A stretch of 64,000 nt of DNA from Adineta vaga. Taxonomy: Eukaryota > Animalia > Rotifera. Made by a program: the position numbers and the translations under genes. How positions within the stretch are numbered: the stretch's first letter is position 1; each line of letters opens with the position of its first letter. Positions 36,690 through 48,858 of this stretch are shown here, one piece after another. The notes beneath the pieces are model-generated. The model had not been told where the DNA came from, made no database searches, and saw only the letters and a list, made by a program, of their open reading frames with translations. The stretch covers positions 12,400,001 to 12,464,000 of the forward strand of contig CP075497.1 of the NCBI GenBank assembly GCA_021613535.1. The letters are read 5' to 3'.

Positions 36690-36972
36690 CAATCTTATTA
36701 TAGACATTGATGATGATGATGATGATATAGAGAAGAAGATAAATATACAAAAACAAAAACTATTAATCTGAAGAAGACTTTACTGAACAGGATATCTCCC
36801 GAACTAATTTGATGGATATTTCCAAGTGCACGTGAAATTCGTTTTATTTAATAAAAATTACAACCTTAAGATGATTTTCTTGCTTCTTTATTTAGTGCGA
36901 TGAAATTAGAAACGTTAATTGTTTATTTAAAACAACGTTATGGTCGACAAGATCCAAGTATAGGTGATAACT
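36690..36972 (+). pseudogene. Second SPT5 relic (acidic/pre-NGN exons)
   Basis: TAG-ACATTGATGATGAT acidic exon start, a FPSAREI-like segment (cf. FPIAQEF) and YLKQRYGRQDPSIGD (cf. [15 protein letters not shown]). Part of it (GCACGTGAAATTCGTTTTATTTAATAAA...) is also copied at ~36369-36423. Confidence 0.65.
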
Positions 36973-37083
36973 AAAAGTTTACTGAATGTCTGCAGTTACC
37001 TTTTTGATACAAATACTTCGAAGGAAGAAATACTTTGTTTTTCTTTTGATATTTCAAAGTTTTATTTATTAAGAAAAAACCTT

Positions 37084-38009
37084 TCATGTACAATTAGTTC
37101 TTGTTCGAAATGGAATAATACGATTATTTTGTGGTAAATATTTAGTCCAAATTTCCGGAAGTAAACTAAGACAAACAAATGGCATGAATATATTAAGAAA
37201 TCGAACCATAAAACTAAGGTAAAGTCCTTGTACATTGTTACCAAATGTTGCTAAACAACAATTTTGTACAATACTAACAATTGTAGTTGGTAATATAATG
37301 AAAAATAGATTCGATGAAAATAGTTTTGTAAATATTGATGAATAAAATATCAATATATGTCGTTCCAATTGAAATTGCCCATTTTGTTGACATGTCGTTT
37401 TTGCATAATAACACGTATTAATAAAGATAAAGTAAAACTAACAACAATAAATGTTGGAATAAAATTATGTAGAAATCGAGCATAAATTGCAATTGATGAA
37501 ACTTTTAATGCACATATATATCCACAAAATAAAGAAAAATAATTAAATTGATTTGTACATGGATAAATAAATGTAATGATTAAATTAAATAAAATTGGAT
37601 ATAAAAATGAGAAGAAAAATAAAGGAATATAATGAAAAATAATTCGATGAAAATATTTTGTAAATATTGATGAATAAAATATCAATATATGTCGTTCAAT
37701 TGATGCCCATGACATTGTTAAATATGTTGAAATTGTTAATGTTGAATTTATGAAATTCCAATAAAGACAGAAAGTATTTGTTGATGGAAGAACTTCACCT
37801 ATATGAAGATAAACTAATGTAAATGGATGATTAAGTAATAAATCAAATGTTGATATAATTAATAAAATTAATAAAACATGATTATGAAGAATTGATCGAA
37901 GATTTTTATTTAATAGCAAATGAATTAATGTAAATATACAACAAATTATTGAAAATATATAACAAATTTGCAATAAAATATATTTGATTTCATTTATTAT
38001 ATCGGCCAT
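37084..38009 (-). pseudogene. Rhodopsin-like GPCR disrupted by an internal templated replacement/frameshift
   Basis: TM1-TM5 in 37350..38009 (WASIERH) and TM6-TM7 in 37084..37368; 37292-37372 copies 37626-37703. Confidence 0.8.
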
Positions 38010-38704
38010 GATTAAATATGTTGGATGGGATTTGTAAAAGAAAAGTCAACGTCTTTTATAAAGTTTTATATATGACGTCAAAAGATGTTTTCTATTAAAA
38101 AAAATCTGTAAAAGACAGAAAAAAGAATTAGAAACAAGAATTTGATTATTAAAAACATACTTGAGAAGTTGATATGACCTTAATTATTCTATTATACTTT
38201 TTAATTTTATGAAATTTTATGTGATATTTATTAAAAATTTATATTATTTCGAAGGCTATTTTCTTGTATACTACTATACCTTTTTGGAATTTCTATAGAG
38301 AAAAAAAGAATGAATAAATCAGAGCAAGTTCGTTTCAATTCATTAATATATCTGACAAATATTCTCATTACATTCAATAATTTACTATGTTTCCAAGCTT
38401 TTTATACGTTTGAAAAGAAACTAATCCTTCAAGAATGTTTTTGCTCATTGTGAATTATAACAAACTATATCAACTTGAAGTACAAAATACAATAATATCT
38501 AGTAAGGATAAATAAATTTTTATAAATTTTAATATAAGATTATCAAAACTCAATACAATATATCATTTGAGATTGATCAACTTGAAAGAGATTATTCATA
38601 GATGACGGAACGCCTTACCTGAGTCTGCTACTATTAGACTTTCCCTCATCCTCACATTCGGTTTGCTTAATTTAGAACAATTAAAATTCGTTGTTGAACT
38701 TGCG

Positions 38705-39300
38705 GGTATGTGTAAAAAGATCGAAAGAACCAATCTCGAAAAGGAAGCACCGAAAAAAACGGAATTTTGAAAAAAGTAAAGATCCAAAAACTGAGATCTC
38801 GAAATTGAAAAAGTTTCGAGAAAAATCTCATTTACTACGATGTCATGTATTAATACAAGGAGCAGGGATTATATAGTTGTATTTTCAGTTTTTATTTCGG
38901 AAAATCATGACGAAGAAATATAAGGAGTATCAAGAATAACAGAAATCATGGTATCAGAGATTAATCATTTATATTTACTCCAATTAATAATGAAAGGCAT
39001 TCGAGCAATACACTAAGATTGACATGCCCTTTTGATTAAACTGTGTCTGGATCGAACAAATTCGTTCTTGTCAAAGAAGAGCTTTTTTGTATTTGCTTTT
39101 CTGTCGCCCTGTGATCATCTTTTAAAATATTCAATTGGTAATGCCGTTCATAAAGATCATCGATGCGGTAATATGAAACGCTGACATCTTTCGAGAATTT
39201 AATATTCAGAATTAAAGTTTTTGAGGGTAAAAATTTTGAACATTTGCTTTTTCAATATCTGGAATTTCGAAATATTTAATTTCGAGGTTTTTTACAGCAA
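38705..39300. mobile_element. Possible degenerate non-autonomous DNA element (MITE-like) with periodic subterminal repeats
   Basis: Left end TGTAAAAAGATCGAAA followed by ~15-nt periodic (T)CGAAA units; right end TTTCGAGGTTTTTTACA preceded by TTCGA/TTTGA units in inverted orientation. Confidence 0.35.
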
Positions 39301-40691
39301 TTCGAACTTGCTGTCGGTTTGTCACTAGGTGTTTTGCTTTCACAAGCACATCGCTGATTAGATGCCAATATTCATAGTGTTGCTCTCATTCTTTGAGGTG
39401 GAAATATTGATTTAAATGCACAATTACTGTGGCAATAATAAAATTATGATTGATTTGATATTGTTCCAACTGAAGATAAATATCGATTAATAAACTATTG
39501 AAGATGGTTCGCTTGACTTTCAATTGAGTCATTAATTAAAAACAAAATAATCTTATGGCACGTTTTTCATAGAAAAGGTATAGAAACATGCATTCAAAAA
39601 CATCTTCTCAAGCTTTATATCCTCATTCATACTCAAAATCTGATATAAACGTATTTGTGGAGTTATTACCATAATTCTCTTTCCTTTACGAAGATTTTGA
39701 AAATTCAACTTTTCATGGATCGAACCGACGAGGGAGGAGAATAGACCTTTTTTGATTTTCATTGTAGATTTTTAGGAAGGTTTTCTGTAGCGATAGTGAC
39801 ACCCGGTTTTGACATTCTACTTACGTTTGTATGTGGGTAGAATAATTTTTTTTCGCAATCAATTTAAACGGTGGGGGTTGAACTGCTTCTTTCTCCTGGT
39901 TCAAAATCTTACTTTCGCCACTGCCTGCTGAGTGTTTTTAAATGACAGGTGGTATATGAACTATTTCACTACAAGAGTAAAACCCATATCAATCAAAATG
40001 GACTGTATCATTCGAGACAGGAAAAATGACCATTAAGCAAATATAAAGAATGAACTGGAGATTTCAAGCTTAACCTTCTCTATTTAGAAACCTACTTCAT
40101 AAAAACTACTAATCACTCATAAGCTTTCTCATTCTCCTACATTACTATCCTATTTTATTATTTTCGAAATCTTACTAGTCATGATTATTGTTGAGTTCAA
40201 GCATTCTTGACATCGGCTTGATCAATTTTCATGTTTTCGATTGCGATGGAAATTTGACGTATGACAGTCTCTGTATGCAAATGTTAGAATCGATATACTA
40301 TAATCTAATTTAAAACGTTAATTTTGTTCTTTGAACTTTTTCGAAAAGTATTTAAAATATTTCATCAAATATAACTATAATAGTTAAACTTGTTTTTTCA
40401 TGAACATGAGAAAACATATGACAAAGATAAATAAAAGAGAAGATGAACTCATAACCTTCTGTTGATCACATGTGAAATTCATTTCTTAATTATCCTAGTC
40501 TGTTGACGAATTGCAAAGAATTACAGTCAACAACAACACGATAGATACATCTAATTATAATGTTGAATAGAAAAGATTTGTTCTTGTTTTTAGAAAATGG
40601 ATGAAATCAGCCCAGAAGTCTGATGAATAGGAAACGTTGAAGTGTTATATTATAAATCAATTTTTTTCAAAAGGACTTATCAAAAACATCA

Positions 40692-40714
40692 ATATATATA
40701 TATATATATATATA
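40692..40714. repeat. (AT)n microsatellite
   Basis: ATATATATATATATATATATAT run. Confidence 0.85.
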
Positions 40715-40869
40715 TTTGTGCACTTTTATTAGTTAAAACACATAAAATTATTAATATTTAAAAGATTTTGCTTGCATATTCTGTCCGTCGTAGCAATCTT
40801 CTCAATACTTAATCACAGTAAAAAGAACTTCTTTATTAACTCATTTATATAAAAGCTTGAAAATGGTTA

Positions 40870-41645
40870 CACATCGATCTAATCTTTCTATTCATCAAAA
40901 TCAAGCTTTATTTGTTTTATTAATTATCAATTAAGTTACATTTGATTTACCAATGGTTATTCATTTCAATCGCCTTGGTCGTGTTAGTCCAGCAACAAAT
41001 GCTTATTGCAAATGGTGGACATTTCTTGAATATACTTTAAATGGAGCTGGTGAAATGTTAATGGCAACAATATCAATTCAACGACATATCATTGTTTTCA
41101 ATGCGGGTGCATTCAAAATTCGATCATTTCGATATTTATTTCATCATTTACCACTTCTTCTTTATATTGTTTATCCATTAGTTCTTTAATTAATTATTAT
41201 TGTTTTTGATTCATGTGATGGAACACAAATGGGATTTTAATGCAAATATGTGTGGTTTAGCTAATTGTTATCTTGTTTATAATAAAATTTTAGCAACATT
41301 CGATTGAGCAGCTGATAATGGTACACCGATTTTTCTAATAATTCTTGCAAATATTCTTCTTGTTATAAATATTATTCGACAAAAGATTCGTCATCAACGT
41401 CTTATTAGATGGAGGAAACAACGTAAAATCACAATACAATTATTAAGTGTATCATTTATTTATTTTCTTGGTTGGTTTTCAAGTGTCATATTCTTGGTAT
41501 AATTCAACAACTATTTATTCCAGGATTTTTAGTTGAATTTCAATATGATTATCTATTTGATTTAATCTATCTAATTTGTCTTTTATTGCCAATAATATCT
41601 ATGGGTTTTTTTTCCAAAATTTATTCAATGGACTCAAAAACCTTT
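40870..41645 (+). pseudogene. GPCR pseudogene of the 44045/48859/54746 family
   Basis: Near-identical blocks to the intact paralogs, but TM1 is deleted and there are premature stops and frameshifts; the 3' end is fused to the IleRS duplicate. Confidence 0.9.
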
Positions 41646-42571
41646 AAATGTTCGAAAAGTAACATTTTCTCAAGATCGTGAACTTTATGGAGTTGAAATG
41701 CATGCTGAACCTAATTTTCCAACATTAGGAAAGAAAGCTGGTGGTTCGTAGTTTTTCCAAAAAACGAAAATTTCTCCGAAAGAAAAACATCTTTTTTAGG
41801 TAAAGTTAAAGTTATAACTGAAAAGATTCGTGGTATGACAGATGCAGATATTGAAAAATTATTATCCAAAGATGCAACAGAAAGTCCATTGACGACTATT
41901 GAAGAAATTCCAATTGAACATGAAGATGTTCATATTGTTTATCGTGTTGCTAAACAAATACAATTCGAAGCAACTGCTGAACAAGGAGTAAAGAAAACAA
42001 AATCAATTTTCAACTCTAAATTCTTTCGTTTTCATTAGTTTGTTGTTTTACTTGATTATACAGCTGATGCATCATTAAAAGATGATGGTCTTGTTCGAGA
42101 AATTACAAGTCGTGTTCAAAAACTACGAAAAGAAGTTTGTTCTTCTTTTTTCGACAATTTCTTCATCATTCATTTCCTTCTTTATCTAGGCCAAAGTGAA
42201 ACCAACTGATGAGATTGTTATCTATTATTCAGTTGAACCACAAACAAGTGAAATTGCTCGTATTGCAGTTGAACGACAGAATGAAATAACAACTATCCTT
42301 GGAAAATCATTTCTGCCTTTAGATAAAACACAGAATCATAATATTATCAAGAAAGAGAAAATCACCGTAAGTTTTAACAACCTTTGGATTAAAACTTATC
42401 TTTTACAATTTGATTGTTGTGTAGGTAAAAGATGGTGAAATTGAATTTGTTATTACTCAAACAACAAATTAAAACAAAACAAGTCAAATCAAATTCACTT
42501 TTGTTTTGATTTTAAACTCTTTTATTTTTTCCGGTTATTCAACTATTCTATCGATTATTTATTGTGTTGTC
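41643..42571 (+). pseudogene. Recent near-identical duplicate of the IARS1 3' end (34365-35294), including introns and 3'UTR
   Basis: The ORF at 41835 is identical to 34558, and 42196 differs from 34919 by only a couple of residues; introns are retained and only scattered substitutions are seen. Confidence 0.95.
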
Positions 42572-44044
42572 GTATCATTCATTCATGTTATGAACCATTA
42601 ACATATTCAAAACAAAATAAAAACAAACAAATAAAATTTCATTCTGTCTTTAATGAAAAAGTACTCAAAATAGAATACCCAAAGGTATTTTCATCAACTA
42701 TATTTAAATAACAAAAAGAGATGAATATTTTATAAAAGTCACATGAATTTGTTTGGAAGGAAAATAAGTCAAGAAATGTTGCCTCACTCACTCACTATAG
42801 ACAAAAGCCCATTGCATACAGGCTATTATTGCAAAGACTATGTCAATTACATATTCCAGGCACAAAGAAGCTGTACCGAAAAACTTTTTCATTTTAAACT
42901 GATTGTTACATTTTTCGTTTTCAATAACAATCGAACTCAAGGATTTATAATTTTGCAGTTAAGTTACTATCGTATAGATAAACAAATCATACTCGTGATC
43001 TTATTTCTATTTCAATCGATGTATTTTATAATCAAAGATTATCTTATAATGAAAGGGTCAAAGAACAAAATTTTCATTCTACTAAAAAATATTAATAGAA
43101 AATCATATGACTGGGAAAACATTAAGAATAGAATGACATGATGAGATTATTTTTGTCGAGATGATAATCACATGACTCATCTATATTTATAAATGAAGAA
43201 GTGTGTTAAGATACGGATGACATAAATACAAATCAATCCCATCCTCATTCAGACCCAATTCTCATACGTGAAAACTAAAATGGGATAATTTCATTGTTCG
43301 TGGATGTATATAACTCAAAGCATTACCAACTTGCTTATTTAATTTTATCCACATGTATATGAATAAGTATTATTTTATCTCGAACAAATTTAATACAACA
43401 GTAATAATGTGATGAAAGATTATCTAATAATGAAAAGTTCAAAGAGCAAAATTGTTATTCTACTAAGATGTATTAATAAAAGATCACAAGACCAATACAG
43501 ATTAAAAATAAACTGACATAAAATGTCATATAACAAATATTTGTTCTATCTTTAGTTAAAAAGTACTTAAAGTAGAATATTAATTTCATGATTTGATCAA
43601 TGAAAATATGAATACAATCATATCAAGCATGGTATTCATCTGATTCCTTCATTTCAATTTCGAAAATATTGATTCCATGATTGTCTTGTGAATTTGTTTG
43701 AGAAAATTTAATTAACTTTAAAATATTCTTGATAGATGAATAAGAAAAACGATGAGATCACATGATGACATTATCTTTAACCCTCCTAACGGCAATCACA
43801 TGTATTTGTTCGAATTACAAAGCCTCTTCTATATTAAGAAATCGAGAGGTACAGACATCATCATTCAGATAATTCAAACAATCATCTTTGGCTAATTCAA
43901 TACCCTTGAATGTTCTATTCTATCATATGAACATGACCTACAAATTCATTTTTGGCTTAATCTTTCTTCAAGCATATTGGTATCTAACTATTTAAAGCAT
44001 CTCGAACAGGAAAACATTTCATTCGAAATCTTTGCTATTCAATC

Positions 44045-44998
44045 ATGAGTAATTCAACAACGGAAATATTCTTTGATGAAAAACATATTATGCATCAGGT
44101 GAAATTTGCAATTTTATTAACATTACAAATTCCATCACTTGTTTTATCTCTTCTTATTTTAATATTCTTCTCAATACATCGATCGATACTTCGTGCGCGT
44201 CAAAATCAAGCTTTATTTGTTTTATTAATTATCAATTTTATTCAAGTTACATTTGATTTACCAATGGTTATTCATTATAATCATCTTGGTCGTGTTAGTC
44301 CAGCAACACATGCCTATTGTACATGGTGGACATTTCTTGAATATACTTTAAATGGAGCTGGTGAAATGTTAATGGCAACAATATCAATTCAACGACATAT
44401 CATTGTTTTCAATGCTGGTGCATTCAAAATTCGATCATTTCGATATTTATTTCATCATTTACCACTTTTAATTTGTATAATTTATCCAATAATTCTCTAT
44501 TTGATTATAATTGTATTTGATTCATGTGATGGAACACAATGGGATTTTAATGCTAATGTATGTGGTTTGGCAAATTGTTTTATGGTTTATAATAAACCAT
44601 TGGCTGCAGCTGATTGGGGTGTTAATAATGGTTTTCCAATCATTGTGATTACGGTGGCGAATGTTGCATTAATTATTCGAGTTGTTCGACAACGAATTCG
44701 TTGTCATGGATCAGTTTCATGGAGAAAACAACGAAAAATGACATTACAACTGTTAAGTATATCTTGTCTTTATATAATTGCATGGTTTCCAGGAATAATT
44801 GTTGCAATTATTCAACATTTAGTCTTGCCAACATTTCTTTTGGAAATACAAATTGAATATATCTTTTATTTAACATATATGATATGTTTATTTATACCAT
44901 GGATTTGTCTCGGTTTATTTCCTGAGTTTATCAAATGGATTTGGAATGGTATAACACCTCGAAAAACATCAAGTAATGTAGTCAAACCAACAAAATAA
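44045..44998 (+). CDS. Intronless rhodopsin-like GPCR (cluster member A)
   Basis: Seven TM helices; C..W..F..Y in TM3, ISIQRH at the DRY position, WFP in TM6 and PWICLGLFPE in TM7. Confidence 0.9.
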   Translation: MSNSTTEIFFDEKHIMHQVKFAILLTLQIPSLVLSLLILIFFSIHRSILRARQNQALFVLLIINFIQVTFDLPMVIHYNHLGRVSPATHAYCTWWTFLEYTLNGAGEMLMATISIQRHIIVFNAGAFKIRSFRYLFHHLPLLICIIYPIILYLIIIVFDSCDGTQWDFNANVCGLANCFMVYNKPLAAADWGVNNGFPIIVITVANVALIIRVVRQRIRCHGSVSWRKQRKMTLQLLSISCLYIIAWFPGIIVAIIQHLVLPTFLLEIQIEYIFYLTYMICLFIPWICLGLFPEFIKWIWNGITPRKTSSNVVKPTK

Positions 44999-45743
44999 CT
45001 TTCATGATTAGTTATTACACTAATTATATAAATTGTATTTGTTCCTACTTTTGAATATTAATCAAGAAATATTATTCCCTTTGTTTGTGTGAATGTTGTC
45101 AATAATAAAATGAAAAAAATATTTCTTTAAAAATTCGATGTGAAATTTACCTGGATATCCAATGAGAATATCCGATAAAAAAAAGATGAAAACCATTGTG
45201 GCTGATAAAAAGACAGACATTCATTCTTTTGACGTATTCACTATGGAAAATTCATTAAAGATAATAATGATTTGAATAACTGAATTCAACTCTTTGAGTA
45301 TTACATATATGAAGATTGGTAGGTGCTAGAATGCTGAACTAAACAGCAATCGACAGAGCATCTTGAAATGAAAAAACGTAGGAGTTTGGCAAATTTTAAA
45401 CTGTACATATTGTTTGGTTAGTATTGTCTACGTTGTTATCGTTAAATCTTTTGCAATTCCAAAAAGATAAATAATTGCATCTCAGTTACTGTGGTTATGA
45501 AATCAGAGTATCTAACTTCATATTGACCGTTTATACCATTCTCACATGTATTATGAACGAACCCGATAGAAGATAGACATGAATTGTGATTTGAATATTG
45601 GCACACAACAAATCCCAACATAGATGTCATTGGTGAGAAATTCAATTGCTATTAGTTGTAAAGAAACAAGCAGGTTTCGAGACTTTGTTTTCGATGAAAC
45701 AACAGACATAATTTTTCAAATTTATTTTCAGTTTAATTAATGA

Positions 45744-46346
45744 ATGAAATTTACAAAAGTGTTCATTCGAATCAATATTCTCTTGTGGATGATAATGGTG
45801 CATATTTTAGGTGTTGAGATTCGAAGTTATTTTATTGAAAAAGATCCGTTCAATGGATGGACAGATGGACTTTCTATATTTGATTCAAAAGAAAAACATT
45901 TGCTTTATCATGTAAAATCCACTTCTTATTTCTTTGAAAAAAGAGTCGAATTATTTGATCGTTCTTCACAACAAATTACTGCAACATTAACATATTCATA
46001 TAATAATATCAAAGTAAAGCAAGGTGAATTCTCGATTTTAAATTTATCTTCTAATGAACGGCTTAATGGTACAATTAAAGATACTGCTCGTCTTTTTCAT
46101 AACGAGTATATTATGAAATGGAATGAACAAAGTGTTTTAATTGAAACAAAGTTTTTCTCAATATTAACAACATTTCGATATGAAAATCATAATGAAATTT
46201 TAGCAACACTCGACGAACGTGTTTTTTCATCTTTGTGGCGAAATAAATATGATTTACAGGTATTTTCCGACGTTTTACCTGATACACTTTATTTTCTTGT
46301 ACTTACTATTATAGATCGAAATAACGAGCTCGATTTTGATGACTAA
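45744..46346 (+). CDS. Signal-peptide protein with LURP-one/Tubby-C/scramblase-like beta-barrel
   Basis: Hydrophobic N-terminus; pattern SIFDS...LLYHV...; ILATLD....LWRNKYDLQV...PDTLYFLVLTIID resembles the LURP-one/tubby C-terminal strand-helix ending. Confidence 0.55.
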   Translation: MKFTKVFIRINILLWMIMVHILGVEIRSYFIEKDPFNGWTDGLSIFDSKEKHLLYHVKSTSYFFEKRVELFDRSSQQITATLTYSYNNIKVKQGEFSILNLSSNERLNGTIKDTARLFHNEYIMKWNEQSVLIETKFFSILTTFRYENHNEILATLDERVFSSLWRNKYDLQVFSDVLPDTLYFLVLTIIDRNNELDFDD

Positions 46347-46986
46347 AATCAAAAGTATTTCTGAAAAAAAAGATCTTTTCCTGAAATTTTGTTATTAATT
46401 TCATGTAAATAAATTTACAATCGAAAAATTTCATTCGCACTATATTGAATAAAAACGAGAAAGCTCTTTTGTTTTTCTCTTATATGCATTAGATATCATG
46501 ATGATGATATTGATAATAATATCTATTACGAAGAAATAGAAATATCATTCATTATTCTTTTAGAAAATAATGAAAAGTTATTCAAAATTTATCTTTGTTT
46601 TTATTCAATTGACATTCGTTCGATCCGAAGATCTCAGGTCGAATAGTTTTTATCGGAAACTATTGACGACAACGAAGCAATTAAAAATTCTCTTCAATTC
46701 TATAATTTCGTCAATATAAAAGAAATACCAGCTAATGATTACTTTTTACTATCGGCACAAATTGAAGCTGAAAAAACAATTTCGATTACTTATATGAAAT
46801 CAACCATTACTCTTTCCCATTACAAAAAATGGCCTAATTTACAAATTCACCAACACGACGATACTTCTTGGAAAAGTATGATTTCCTTAATAGTCTTTAT
46901 CAGATATTCAAATTGCCTTCTAATATCTATTTATATTTTCTATTTCGAAGTTACAGAGATATCACGAAATCTTTCAGATAAAAGCT

Positions 46987-47431
46987 ATGATTATTTTTAG
47001 GAATGAACGTCATATTTTTAATCGATGTGGGCGTCTGACAACGACGAATCGCAATGATTCATTGTTGGTCCTTTTTATTGTACTCATGATTTTGTTGTGT
47101 GTTATGATATGTTTTAAATGTTTACTAGAGCAAGAATCTACAGCTGCTGCCGAAAATATCGGACGGAACGACACTTCTGAGATCAACAATAACTCTCCTC
47201 CACATGCTGTAATCTTAAGAACTTTAGAGTTGACAGAGCAATCATTAATTACAGAACGTACGAGTGAATTAACCGCATGTTACAACATCAACTTTATCTT
47301 TACTACCATCTTACAAAGATACGATGCAACAGTGTTCAAAACTACTTTTACCGGACGAAGAGAATTTATCACCACCAACCTATGATGATTTTATGCGAAA
47401 AAATAATGCAATAGATTCAACTATTTTATAA
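46987..47431 (+). pseudogene. Single-pass membrane protein with PY motifs, apparently frameshifted
   Basis: TM helix LLVLFIVLMILLCVMICF in ORF 46987; a different frame from ~47285 reads TSTLSLLPSYKDTMQQCSKLLLPDEENLSPPTYDDFMRKNNAIDSTIL*. Confidence 0.5.
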
Positions 47432-48858
47432 TTTTCATTTTTCTAAAGAACGTAAACGTAAAACAAAGATTAACAAACTATCAATTAAACAATAATAAGT
47501 TTAACGAATTTCATATCGTTAGAGATCCAGACGTTGGAGATGATGGTACCGCATGAATTTCTGCAGACATAATTCAAAATGATCTCCAACTAGAAGTTCA
47601 AAATAAACTGTCAATAATATACATTCTCGATGTCTTATGAGAAATTAGTGATTATCTATTTCCAATTGATCAATCTTAAATGATTTCATTAATAAAATCT
47701 TCAATTAACATATCGAATAAAAGTACTGAAGAAAATGAACTTCGAAAGAGTATAAATTTCTAATGAATATTTATATAAAATATCAAATCATGTCGAATTT
47801 AATAAATCAAATAAAATATTAGTACAAATTCTGTTCTTCTATATTATTCGTCAAGAACACCTTTTGAATATCAATTGAAATGATTTGATTAAAAAATATT
47901 CAAAATATTTCATAAATATGAGAAAACATCCCTCCGTCTTTTGTACTCTTCATACAGGAACACGTGATGAGTATAAATAAAAGTGAAGATGAACTCATAA
48001 TCTTGTCTATACGACTGAGTCAAGAGTACCATGAAACCAAACGTTTCCGCACTGGATTTTTCGACATGGGATAACACAAGAAAAACTTCACTGTGTTATT
48101 TTGATATAATTCACTTGATCATCGTTATCACACACTTTGAAAACATTTCCCTCTCGAGAGAATTTTGATAAAAGCACAAAGCCAGTCAATAGTTGTATCG
48201 TCGTATCTAAAATGTCACGCTTGTTTCTCCATTGACTATTTTCTTACTTTATCTAGAGGAGTTTATCAAAAGCATACTTTAACATCAATTTCTAAATTAA
48301 AGATAACATTAATCTTATTTTTATTTCTAAGAGGAAATTAAGAAACATAGGTAGGTTTTTCTGACCTTCCTTTCTGAAATGATGAGAAAGAACAAAGTTA
48401 TTTGGAAGATTTGAAAATTTGACTTCTATGACACCGACAGTTTTCTATTGAAATCTTCGAAATAAAATGTTTCTAGTTTTTTCCAACATGTAATAAAAGA
48501 AAAGAATTTAAGTCATGTGAAATGAAGATTATCGGTAATTCTATTTCTATTTTAAGTCAATTTCTCAACCTGAATTATTAAAAATATCGACATATTAAAT
48601 CTTCTATTAATTCATCATTTATTTTCTGTCTATTTGAAAACGTCATTAATTGATGACATCAACATATTTTGATTGGTTAAAATTCAGATAATTACGAATA
48701 TTCTTAAGATTTTTCTTATTACACTGTCTGTCCCTCAAAGTAATCTTAACATTTTTTAATAATAATGAAAAATTTCTTTACTCAACTCATTTATATAAAA
48801 AAAATTTCAATAGGAAATCGACAATAACATTTATTCGTTTAGTCATTTCAAAATAATA

